A model generated the notes under the pieces. The model made no database searches, was not told the DNA's origin, and worked only from the letters and a program-made list of their open reading frames with translations. From Patescibacteria group bacterium (GTDB taxonomy: Bacteria; Patescibacteriota; Microgenomatia; UBA1400; PJMF01), in the NCBI GenBank assembly GCA_049322655.1, contig JBMORP010000006.1, positions 384,410-448,409 of the forward strand: a DNA stretch of 64,000 nt, given 5' to 3'. Each line of letters begins with the position of its first letter. Position 1 is the stretch's first letter. Of this stretch, positions 49,298 to 57,929 are shown in pieces. A program made the position numbers and the translations under genes.

Positions 49298-50368
49298 CTA
49301 ATACCTAGGCATAAATATCTTAGCATTTTCTTTAGTAATAATCACACTAGCAAAACCACGCTCAACAATAATTCTAACTGCTTTACGAACAGCTCCCTGC
49401 AAAGTTCTTTGTAAAGTACGAATACCCATATCATAGCCCAAAGGACGAGTAATCATCTGCCAGACATCTTCACGAATCTCAAATTGTTCAGCACGAAGAC
49501 CAGCATCTTTAAGTAGTTTAGGCAAAATATATTTTTTAGCGATTTGAATTTTTTCGTGATCAGTATAAGAAGGCATGGTAATCTTTTCCATACGATCCAT
49601 CACGGCCGTTGCAATTTTAGTAGTGTTGTTAGCTGTGGCTAAGAAAATGGCATGACTTAAATTAACCGGATAATCAACATAAGTATCAGTAAAAGCATGA
49701 TTTTGCGCAGGATCTAGTAACTCCACCAACACCCCCATCAAATCCATATTAGCCTCTTCTGCCCCACGATCAATTTCGTCAAGTAAAATAACTGGGTTTC
49801 TCACTCCCACCTCACAAATCCCTTTAATCACTCTGCCTGGCTCAGAACCAAGTAACAACCGAGAATTTCCCCGTAACTCTTTAGCTGAACCCATTCCACC
49901 AAATGGAATACGTACCAACTTTCTACCCAAAGCTTCAGAAAGTGAATAAGCAAAAGTGGTTTTACCAGTACCCACCAAACCAACTAATAACAAAATTGGT
50001 GCTTTAAAATCATCATCTGGAGATTGAGTTTGGCGCAAATTTAAAACAGAAATGTACTCCAAAAAACGATCTTTAACTTCCTGCATACCATAATGGTGCT
50101 TATCAAAAACTTCTTTGGCTTTCTGGATATTAGTCGTATCTTGAGTTTCTTCGGTCCATGGAATCTTCAATACCCAATTAACATACCTCGAGACTTTTTC
50201 GTATTTTTCGTCATAACTACCCAATTCAATACTTCGCTCCAAAGCAATAATCTCTTTTTCTACTTTGGAACGCATTTCGTCAGGTAAAGTCGATTGATTA
50301 GTCTTATCTCTAAGATCTTGAATCTCTTGCTGGAGAACTTGCTTATAATCAGTCATGGGCAGTACCAC
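49298..50368 (-). CDS. Stand-alone Lon-type AAA+ ATPase module (no Lon N-domain, no S16 protease domain)
   Basis: Several blocks align to the LonA ATPase domain as I recall it. [13 protein letters not shown] aligns to [31 protein letters not shown] aligns to [64 protein letters not shown] aligns to [57 protein letters not shown] aligns to [49 protein letters not shown] and [28 protein letters not shown] also align. The ORF ends at 356 aa, before any protease domain. Confidence 0.75.
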   Translation of the reverse strand: [356 protein letters not shown]

Positions 50369-50372
50369 CTAT

Positions 50373-50966
50373 TTAATCTTCTATTTGTTGGGTTGGTTCC
50401 TCAACAGTTATTTCCTTTGGCTCTTGAATAGCAGGTAATAATTGTTGAGAAACTAAGCCCAAACCCATAAGAAACAAGCCACCAACTACCATGAGGAAAG
50501 TGTTTTCAATCCCACCGGCAACCGGTAGGGTTGTTTGTGTGCTTTCGGTCGCTCCACCGATGCCATACGTAGTGGTAGTAGTCGTAGTGGTGGTAGAAGA
50601 AGTGCTTTCAGATGTGCCACTATCAACCAAAATAACATAGTTTAATGTTTCCAAATTAGAAGCTACTCCCAACATATGGGCCCCATCTGCCAAAGCAGTC
50701 AAAGGGGTATAAGACCAATTTCCACTGGCATCAGCCAACACTGCTACAGTGAGGTCATCAATCGAAATATCAACAGTCGCTTCTGGTGAAGCTACACCAA
50801 TAATGGTGGGAGTGGTATCAGTGGTGTTGACATTAACTGATGAACCGACAGTAGTTCCACCAACACTAGTCACACTCAAAGTAGCTGCCACAACCAAACC
50901 CTTTGCCACAAACAAAAGAGTGACACTAATCAAAAAAACAACCAATAAACGATTAAATATATTCAT
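50373..50966 (-). CDS. Secreted Thr-rich protein with C-terminal LPVAG-plus-TM sorting-signal-like tail
   Basis: N-terminal signal or anchor (LLVVFLISVTLLFVA). A run of 11 consecutive Thr within a longer Ser/Thr-rich stretch. The C-terminus TLPVAGGIENTFLMVVGGLFLMGLGLV is followed by a charged tail. Confidence 0.5.
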   Translation of the reverse strand: MNIFNRLLVVFLISVTLLFVAKGLVVAATLSVTSVGGTTVGSSVNVNTTDTTPTIIGVASPEATVDISIDDLTVAVLADASGNWSYTPLTALADGAHMLGVASNLETLNYVILVDSGTSESTSSTTTTTTTTTYGIGGATESTQTTLPVAGGIENTFLMVVGGLFLMGLGLVSQQLLPAIQEPKEITVEEPTQQIED

Positions 50967-51042
50967 GATTCGTCTTAAGGTAACACTATAACCTATATCA
51001 ATTATTCAAAACAACCGTTCATTTTATATCACCGAACCTAAA

Positions 51043-51981
51043 CTAAAAAAATGAGTGGTCATTACCTTTAATTCTGTCTCGTTCTAACAAGCCAGTTTGT
51101 GCTCCATAATACCTAATTACTGATCCAGCATTTCTCACTCCCCATTCAATAGAAGTTCTAGGATGAAGATTGAGAAATTGACCTGCTACATAACCAGTGG
51201 CAAAAGCATCTCCTGCGCCTGTGTCATCAACTGATTTACTTTGGGCACCAAAAAACTTCAACTCTTTTTTACCATGCAAATAAACTTCACCGCCTTCAGC
51301 TCCCTTAGTTACAATGATTTGGGGAATTTCTTCAATTAACTGTGATTGGTAGTCTTTCACCATTGCCCACTCTTTTTCATTCACAAATAAAATTAGGCAT
51401 GTCATTTCTTCAACTTTAATTTTTCCTTCAGCAATCAAAGCTAATTCTCCTTTGCCAGGATTCCATGACATTCGTAAGTCAGGATTAATCTTTACCAATG
51501 AAAAAATCTTTTTTAAAGTTTCCAAATTACCAGCAATACTAGAAAGATGCACCCATCTTGATTCGGTCAACCAAAAATGAGGAATATCAAATGGATCTAG
51601 CATTGAAGCAGCCCCACGATGAACCATCACTGTTCTACGCCCAGTCTGATCAACTAAAATTACTGAGCCACCAGTTCTTTCTCTTTTTTCTCTGACGATT
51701 AGCTGAGTATCAACTCTTTCCTTTTGGAGATTGTGAACAATCACTTCAGCAAAATCATCTTTACCAGTTTCACTAACCAAAGCTGCTTTAAAACCAAGTC
51801 TAGAAAAACCAACAGCAGTATTAGCGGCCCCGCCACCAACTTTAACCACAAAACTCTCCATTTCAACTTTATCACCTTGCAAAATAAATTGATTTTCACC
51901 TTCCAAGTTTTTTACCAAAAACTTATCAGAATGAATAAACATATCCACAAGTGAAGAACCAATTGAAATAAAATCGTACAT
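51043..51981 (-). CDS. PfkB-family carbohydrate/nucleoside kinase (ribokinase-like)
   Basis: GGGAANTAVG near the N-terminus and DDTGAGDAFATGYVAG near the C-terminus are the PfkB signatures. Confidence 0.8.
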   Translation of the reverse strand: MYDFISIGSSLVDMFIHSDKFLVKNLEGENQFILQGDKVEMESFVVKVGGGAANTAVGFSRLGFKAALVSETGKDDFAEVIVHNLQKERVDTQLIVREKRERTGGSVILVDQTGRRTVMVHRGAASMLDPFDIPHFWLTESRWVHLSSIAGNLETLKKIFSLVKINPDLRMSWNPGKGELALIAEGKIKVEEMTCLILFVNEKEWAMVKDYQSQLIEEIPQIIVTKGAEGGEVYLHGKKELKFFGAQSKSVDDTGAGDAFATGYVAGQFLNLHPRTSIEWGVRNAGSVIRYYGAQTGLLERDRIKGNDHSFF

Positions 51982-51993
51982 ACTGAAACTAGT

Positions 51994-52629
51994 TTACTCT
52001 GTTTCTTCCTCGCTGGGCAACCGACAACGAGTGGCGAGCTCTGTTTCAAACTCATTCAAGGCTGCAATTAACTCATCTTCATCACGAACTATTTTATAAA
52101 CTTCATGCTCTTTTTCACCAATAAAAAAATACTCACCCATAACTCTCATTACTTCATGCCAAAAATCTCCGTAGAGAATTAAAGGTTTATGGTTGCCATA
52201 GTACAAATGACCCAACAACCAAGCCGTCGCCCACTCACTCAACGTACCAGTTCCACCCTGCACACAAATAAAGGCATCAGACTCATCCATCAAACCAAAC
52301 ATTCTTTCAATATAGTTGGTAGCTTTAATTTCTTTATCAACTTTATTACCCCCATCAACTCCTTCAAACTCTGGCATATCAACCGGATTGAGGGTAACCG
52401 CCACAGTATCACCACCAACCGACTCTGCCCCCAAAGTAGCAGCAAGCATTGTTCCTGGGCCACCACCATTCACCACCGTCTTACCGTTATAAGCCAAAAA
52501 CCTGGCTATCTTAAATACTTCTTGAAAAAGAGGATGCTTTTCATCAACATCAGCACTGCCAAAAATAGCTACTTTTTTGATATTACAAGACTCTTTGATG
52601 CTGGGAATAGTAATTTGAGTTTTAGTCAT
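51994..52629 (-). CDS. LOG family protein (TIGR00730-type Rossmann fold; nucleoside 5-prime-monophosphate phosphoribohydrolase)
   Basis: VAIFGSA...GGGPGTM...GGTGTLSEWATAW matches PGGxGTxxE. Confidence 0.75.
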   Translation of the reverse strand: MTKTQITIPSIKESCNIKKVAIFGSADVDEKHPLFQEVFKIARFLAYNGKTVVNGGGPGTMLAATLGAESVGGDTVAVTLNPVDMPEFEGVDGGNKVDKEIKATNYIERMFGLMDESDAFICVQGGTGTLSEWATAWLLGHLYYGNHKPLILYGDFWHEVMRVMGEYFFIGEKEHEVYKIVRDEDELIAALNEFETELATRCRLPSEEETE

Positions 52630-52655
52630 AATCGCTCATGGTAGCAAATTTTTGC

Positions 52656-53339
52656 TTAATCACCCATCTGCAAATAAATCCTGTATTGCTGACAAAAATC
52701 GTCAGCCTGCCATAAAGTACTACCAATTGCGAAAGAAGAAATTCCCAAATCAATAAATTGATCAATATTAGCTTCTGTTACACCACCATCAAAAATTACC
52801 TCTAGTGATAAACCATCTCTGTTAGTTACAGTTGGTTGACTAAAAAAGTCAGTTAATTTGGTAAAAATTGTAGAATTGAGCTTTTGACCTTGAAAACCAG
52901 CTTCAATACCCATGAACTGAATAAAATCTAGTTTGTTTAAAATGCCTTCATCTAATGAATCTACTGGTGTAAAGATATCCAATGATAAACCAACTTTAAA
53001 ACCCATTTTTTTTACATCTTCAACAAAGTCGTGTTGATAAGTCATTTTTTCAATTTGGGCAATAATTGCTCTAATTGGTAAGTGCTCCATCGCTGCCTCG
53101 ATTTCTGCCATCATATCCATTGGTTCTTCCACCATTAAATGTAAATCTAACTGCAAATCGCCAAAATCTACCTCTAACAAACTTTGAGGCGTGACAGTGA
53201 GATTATCAGCAAAAAACCCATCAATAATATCCAGCTGTAAAACCTCAACATCTGGACAATCTTTGGCCAGATCTACTTGTTTCTGCACTTCTTCGATTGA
53301 GTCAGTTAAGATTGAAGGATAAATTGTTATTGAACTCAT
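52656..53339 (-). CDS. rpe: Ribulose-phosphate 3-epimerase-like TIM-barrel protein
   Basis: PSILTDS..., LDIIDGFFADNLT, LHLMV, FMG.EAGFQGQ and FDGGV match the Rpe family pattern, though the sequence is divergent. Confidence 0.6.
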   Translation of the reverse strand: MSSITIYPSILTDSIEEVQKQVDLAKDCPDVEVLQLDIIDGFFADNLTVTPQSLLEVDFGDLQLDLHLMVEEPMDMMAEIEAAMEHLPIRAIIAQIEKMTYQHDFVEDVKKMGFKVGLSLDIFTPVDSLDEGILNKLDFIQFMGIEAGFQGQKLNSTIFTKLTDFFSQPTVTNRDGLSLEVIFDGGVTEANIDQFIDLGISSFAIGSTLWQADDFCQQYRIYLQMGD

Positions 53340-53342
53340 AAG

Positions 53343-53795
53343 TTAACGTCTTTCTTCATATTCATGAATTTGCTTAATTCTTCTTTGATGTCTGGCTGCC
53401 CCAGAAAACTCTGTTTCCAAAAAAGTAATTACGATTTTTTTGGCCTTTTCTTCTGAAGAAACAAAGTCAGCACCAAGTACTAAAATTTGAGCATTATTGT
53501 GTTCACGAGCATGTTTGGCTGATACCTCATCACTAGCTGCCACTGCTCTAGCCCCTCTAACTTTATTGGCGGCAATTGCTACACCACCTCCTGATCTACA
53601 TAAAAGTAGGCCAAAAGTACCTTGATTAGCAACTGTTTTTTCTGCCACTGAGAAAGCCACTTCTGGGTAATCATCACTAGGATCCAAAAAAAAGGCTCCG
53701 CAATCCTCAACTTGGTAGCTCTGTTTTCCTAACCAAGTTATTAAAGTTTCTTTTAGGGCAAAGCCACCATGATCTGCACCAATGAAAATTGTCAT
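53343..53795 (-). CDS. rpiB: Ribose-5-phosphate isomerase B (RpiB/LacAB family)
   Basis: MTIFIGADHGGFALKETL and CRSGGGVAIAANK match the family. Confidence 0.8.
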   Translation of the reverse strand: MTIFIGADHGGFALKETLITWLGKQSYQVEDCGAFFLDPSDDYPEVAFSVAEKTVANQGTFGLLLCRSGGGVAIAANKVRGARAVAASDEVSAKHAREHNNAQILVLGADFVSSEEKAKKIVITFLETEFSGAARHQRRIKQIHEYEERR

Positions 53796-53808
53796 GTTTT
53801 CTTTCAGG

Positions 53809-54120
53809 TTAGAGACCTAACTCCAATCTTGTTTCTTCAGACATCATATCAGGAACCCATGGTGGATCAAAAGTCAGAACTATCTCTAAATCTTGCTCAA
53901 CATCTTCAATTACTCCAAATAAACTTTGACGCACCATATCATCAATTAAAGGAGCTAATGGACAACCAGGAGTAGTTAAAGTCATGGTAATTTTAACTTT
54001 GTTTTTCGGCAAGATCTCAACTTTATAAATCAAACCCAAACTAACAATATCAACCTGAAGCTCAGGATCAAGCACAGTGGAAAGAGCAGCTAAAACTTTT
54101 TCTTGAGTTAATTGTTTCAT
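53809..54120 (-). CDS. DUF59/MIP18-family Fe-S assembly protein (SufT-like)
   Basis: VLDPELQVDIVSLGLIY...TLTTPGCPLAPLI matches the family. Confidence 0.7.
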   Translation of the reverse strand: MKQLTQEKVLAALSTVLDPELQVDIVSLGLIYKVEILPKNKVKITMTLTTPGCPLAPLIDDMVRQSLFGVIEDVEQDLEIVLTFDPPWVPDMMSEETRLELGL

Positions 54121-54178
54121 ACTAAGTTATAACCTTGATTATACTGTGAAATTATAAAAAACCAGTGTTAGAGCTCAC

Positions 54179-54223
54179 AAAAAAACCTTCCCTCGTTGAG
54201 ATTTAATTCCCAACGAGGGAAGG
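54179..54223 (-). terminator. Intrinsic terminator downstream of the 67-aa gene
   Basis: Minus strand has CCTTCCCTCGTTG, a 12-nt loop, CAACGAGGGAAGG, then UUUUUUU. Confidence 0.55.
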
Positions 54224-54244
54224 CTTAGTTTACACGCTTAAAGC

Positions 54245-54448
54245 CTAGTTTTTTTTCAAAACTGGCATTCCGGTGCGCTTGGTCTCTACTACACTGTAAC
54301 CAGCTGGTACAGCATCTAAAGAACCAGCACGGACATCACGAGCAAAGAAATAAATTCTTTGAACGCGGCCATTCTTCAAGGTTACCTCACGAGTGTGAAG
54401 GTAGTAGGTTTGACCCTTGGAGTTTGTGTAACTGTAGGCATCTGCCAT
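54245..54448 (-). CDS. Small hypothetical protein (67 aa)
   Basis: Compact ORF with its own terminator; SKGQTYYLHTREVTLKNGRVQRIYFFARDV. I cannot assign a family. Confidence 0.4.
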   Translation of the reverse strand: MADAYSYTNSKGQTYYLHTREVTLKNGRVQRIYFFARDVRAGSLDAVPAGYSVVETKRTGMPVLKKN

Positions 54449-54545
54449 AGTTTGCTCCTTTTTTTTCGACCCGAGTACTCTCGAGGTCTGTAACTACTTA
54501 ATAAAGCCTAACATACTTGGCATCTTTATCAAGACGCAGTTCTAG

Positions 54546-55049
54546 TTATTTCTGTTCTCCAACCACACCTGTTAAAACTATTTCCTCAAGTTGAGTATCA
54601 TCAGTCATTTCTTTACTGACTACTACTTCAAATGGAAGAGTTTCAGCACTCAAAGCAGCTGAACCAACATAACCACCTTTTAGGTATTCCAAAACCAAAG
54701 CTTTTCTTTTACCCTCTCCACCAACTTCTTTCAACCAAACCTGGTAAAAACCAGCTTCAAGTTTTGGTAAAACAGCAGTGATAGTAAAAGAAACTCTTTT
54801 TTCATCAACTTCATAACGAACTTCACCTAAGTTAGTTTCTTCGCCTTCTAGGTTGGCTGTTTGGTAATCCTTGGCTCCTTTAAGTAAATCAGAAGCTTGA
54901 GCTGGATCTAAGTTCTCGATCTTAACCCCATCACTTAATAAAGAAGTCAAACCTTCACGTTGAGTTCTTAGGTTGTACCAACGAAATAATAAAAAAAGGA
55001 CAAATAAAAGCGCTACAGCGGGAAAAATATATGGATAAAATTTTTTCAT
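54546..55049 (-). CDS. Hypothetical membrane-anchored protein (167 aa)
   Basis: N-terminal TM (FYPYIFPAVALLFVLFLLF) followed by an acidic soluble domain. Confidence 0.4.
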   Translation of the reverse strand: MKKFYPYIFPAVALLFVLFLLFRWYNLRTQREGLTSLLSDGVKIENLDPAQASDLLKGAKDYQTANLEGEETNLGEVRYEVDEKRVSFTITAVLPKLEAGFYQVWLKEVGGEGKRKALVLEYLKGGYVGSAALSAETLPFEVVVSKEMTDDTQLEEIVLTGVVGEQK

Positions 55050-55196
55050 AAAAGCCCCTCCAAGGCTTCAAACATGTTGTTAAAGCTCAACAAAAAAAAC
55101 ATTGTTGAGAGGCAGGAAGAGTGAGCAAACTTTCTCAAAAGTGTTTGCACCACTTTGATAGTATTCTGCATGAGAAAACCCCAGAGTCAATATCAC

Positions 55197-55475
55197 TTAT
55201 TCAGAAACTATGGGCCAAACTTGTTTGCCAGTTTCGTTATCAGTCACAATAATCGCTGCTGTAGGACAACTCTGAGCAGCCAATAATTTGGTTTCATCAT
55301 CATTGCCAGTCTGAGAAATAATCACCGCAATCTGCTCTTCATCTAACTCAAAAACTCCAGGAGCAATCGCTACACAAGTAGCGGCACTAATACACTTTTC
55401 ACGAATTACCTTAACCGTATATTTACCAACTTGCTTCGTCAAATTGCCATTAGCATCTGGTTGAACATCACTCAT
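55197..55475 (-). CDS. Ferredoxin (single 4Fe-4S/3Fe-4S-type cluster)
   Basis: CISAATCVAIAP ... AQSCPTAAI follows a Cys-x-x-x-x-Cys ... Cys-Pro pattern in a 92-aa protein. Confidence 0.65.
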   Translation of the reverse strand: MSDVQPDANGNLTKQVGKYTVKVIREKCISAATCVAIAPGVFELDEEQIAVIISQTGNDDETKLLAAQSCPTAAIIVTDNETGKQVWPIVSE

Positions 55476-55567
55476 ATTTTCCCTTCTTAAATTATAACTA
55501 ACCTAGTTTGCAAAAATAACTTGAGCTAGAATGGTTAGCACTACTTAGCTCATCATGTAATATTTTC

Positions 55568-57190
55568 ATGTCTAATTCAATCATTAAATTTTTTAAAAAA
55601 CTAACCAAAGCAATTAACTTAAGCAAAATTTTACTTATTTCAATTGTCATTTTGGGGTTATTCTTGAGGTGGCAGAAAATTGATCAACTAGTCTGGGAAC
55701 AAGAAGGCAATGATGAAAGCCGAGACATGTTAGTGGCTGAACACATTGTTAACTACCAAGAAGAAGTCTTGAGGGGACCACTTGCTGCTGGTGGGTTAGA
55801 TTGGTTACTCAATTCACCACTCTACTTCTATCTAATTGCTGCTATTTGGAGTATTACTAAAGACCCCTTAGCCTTAATGAAAGTGTGGGCTACTCTGATG
55901 AGCCTAATTCCATTAATTGGTTACTATATCGGTAAAGAAATAAAAAACAACCAACTCGGTTTAATCATTGCCCTGATGCTCGCTATCAACATTGAGCTAA
56001 TTCATGAAAGTAAACAACTTCTCCAACCCTTTCTACTACCTTTCTTCTCAACCCTTTTTTTATGGAGTTTACTAAAAATTGAACAGCAAATAAATTATTT
56101 TTATCTGTCTGCAGCAATCTTTTTTTTATTGGTTCAACTCCATTTCCACTATGGAGTTTTGTTGATTTTACCAGCTGGCTTAATTCTGCTTGGTAACTAT
56201 TGGCTAAAATTACTTAAAAGAGACTGCTCATTAATCAACTTAGCAGTTCCTTTTTTAACCGCCAGTTCAATCGGTGTGTTATGGTTGTTACTCACCTTCA
56301 GAGAAACGGTTGGTGATCAGTTCGGTTTCTTTTTACTAAACTACAGTGAAAAAAGTGACTCGATCTTCACCAAACTTCAAGAAATCGGCATGGGCATTGT
56401 ACAAATGACTTTCTCTTGGGAAGTGCTTTTTTTAGCTGTTCCTACGTTGATTACACTCCTGACTGCGGCCTTTTTTATTAAAGATAAACAAATCGATAAA
56501 ACAATTAAAACCATTTCTTTACTAGCTGGTTCTGTTCTATTGATGATATTTTCCAATGGAGCTATTGCTAATACCTACTTACTAGCAACCTTGCCTTATT
56601 TTATTATTTTGATTTCGATTGGTCTTTATAAATTAATTCAGTTAAATTCCTTACTAGGCTTAATTTTTTTGATCATCATACCAATCAAGATTTATGGGCT
56701 CAATCAATATTTAACTAGGAGCCTGATCCCTGAAACATCTTTTTATAAACAAAAAGAAATAGTCGCACAACAAATCTATGATGACTATTTTCAAACAAAT
56801 CAATATAAACAACCCAACTTTGCTCTTGCTTCAATTAACTTTGAACTACCTTTTGATGGTTGGGGAACAACAGCTTTCTGGTTCCATTTAGAAAAAATGA
56901 CCAATAAAAAACTAACAACCCTTGTTAATTATGGGGTAAATGTTAAACCACTAGTCAATAAAGCTGACAAAATCTACTTAGTTTGTGAGCTAAGAAATAG
57001 TATTAAAAAAAATGAGACAAAAGAAAAATGTCTTAATTTATTTATCAGAGCTAGAAACTACTTAGAACCAGGTCATCCTACTCTAATTTTCGACTCCCCT
57101 AACTACGCAGTTTGGCGCTTTGAGATTATTGAGGGAACATATCAAAAAAACTACAACTCTGTTTATCCTAAGGCTTTGAGATTTTATTAG
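55568..57190 (+). CDS. GT-C-fold glycosyltransferase-like integral membrane protein (ArnT/PMT/family 39-like), tentative
   Basis: 540 aa with roughly 11 to 13 TM helices. An acidic first periplasmic loop (WEQEGNDESRD) is followed by a large C-terminal soluble domain. The architecture is typical of GT-C enzymes, but the assignment is weak. Confidence 0.4.
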   Translation: MSNSIIKFFKKLTKAINLSKILLISIVILGLFLRWQKIDQLVWEQEGNDESRDMLVAEHIVNYQEEVLRGPLAAGGLDWLLNSPLYFYLIAAIWSITKDPLALMKVWATLMSLIPLIGYYIGKEIKNNQLGLIIALMLAINIELIHESKQLLQPFLLPFFSTLFLWSLLKIEQQINYFYLSAAIFFLLVQLHFHYGVLLILPAGLILLGNYWLKLLKRDCSLINLAVPFLTASSIGVLWLLLTFRETVGDQFGFFLLNYSEKSDSIFTKLQEIGMGIVQMTFSWEVLFLAVPTLITLLTAAFFIKDKQIDKTIKTISLLAGSVLLMIFSNGAIANTYLLATLPYFIILISIGLYKLIQLNSLLGLIFLIIIPIKIYGLNQYLTRSLIPETSFYKQKEIVAQQIYDDYFQTNQYKQPNFALASINFELPFDGWGTTAFWFHLEKMTNKKLTTLVNYGVNVKPLVNKADKIYLVCELRNSIKKNETKEKCLNLFIRARNYLEPGHPTLIFDSPNYAVWRFEIIEGTYQKNYNSVYPKALRFY

Positions 57191-57912
57191 TAAAATTTTT
57201 CGTGATGAATAAACTGCCCACTTACACCTCGGCTGGTTAAGACTTTTTTAACATCCTCAATCATCGCTGTGCTGCCACATAAGTAGTAACCAGCCTGCTC
57301 TGGTAAATCATGAACACTCAAACAATCAGTCACATGGCCACGACAAAGAGGCCACTCTTGTCTGGCTTGAGACAAAACTGGGTGAAAACTAAAATTAGCA
57401 AAAGTCTGAGCATAATCTTGAAATTCGTCCTGCCAAATTAAGTTCTCTTCATGACGAAGTCCCCAATATAAAATAATTTTTCTTTGATCACCTTTATTTT
57501 TTAGCAAATCAATAATCATGCTTCTCATGGGTGCAACACCAGAGCCAGTTGCAATAAAAACAATTTCATTTTCTAGTTCTCCTGGTTGAATAATAAACTC
57601 ACCCATTGGTCCCAAAACTTGAACTTCATCACCAAACTTTAAGTTTTCAAAAAAAGTCACCCCCAAACCAGCCGGTACAACATCAACCGTGATCTCAAAA
57701 CCATGATCGATATCAGGCGGACTAGAAATAGAGTAAGATCTTCTTTCTCCTGTGTCAGAAACTAAAAAAGACACATACTGACCAGCTTTAAAAACAAATT
57801 GGTTGGGTGCTACCAGCTCAAATCGATAAGTAGTAAATTTTTCATTTAAAACTATTTTATCGGCTAATTTAGCTTTATATAATTGAGGAGTTGTCAGTTG
57901 TTTTTCAATCAT
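57187..57912 (-). CDS. Ferredoxin-NADP+ reductase-like FAD/NAD(P)-binding oxidoreductase
   Basis: RSYSISS is the RxYS FAD motif. GSGVAPMRSMI is the NAD(P) Gly motif. 241 aa. Confidence 0.75.
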   Translation of the reverse strand: MIEKQLTTPQLYKAKLADKIVLNEKFTTYRFELVAPNQFVFKAGQYVSFLVSDTGERRSYSISSPPDIDHGFEITVDVVPAGLGVTFFENLKFGDEVQVLGPMGEFIIQPGELENEIVFIATGSGVAPMRSMIIDLLKNKGDQRKIILYWGLRHEENLIWQDEFQDYAQTFANFSFHPVLSQARQEWPLCRGHVTDCLSVHDLPEQAGYYLCGSTAMIEDVKKVLTSRGVSGQFIHHEKFY

Positions 57913-57929
57913 TAATTAATCTTTCAAAT

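Noticed and set aside
50500-50640. Repetitive ACT/ACC/AGT triplet run that could be mistaken for a tandem DNA repeat or CRISPR-like array
   Set aside because: It is in frame and encodes the poly-Thr/Ser linker of the secreted protein. There are no spacer-repeat units.
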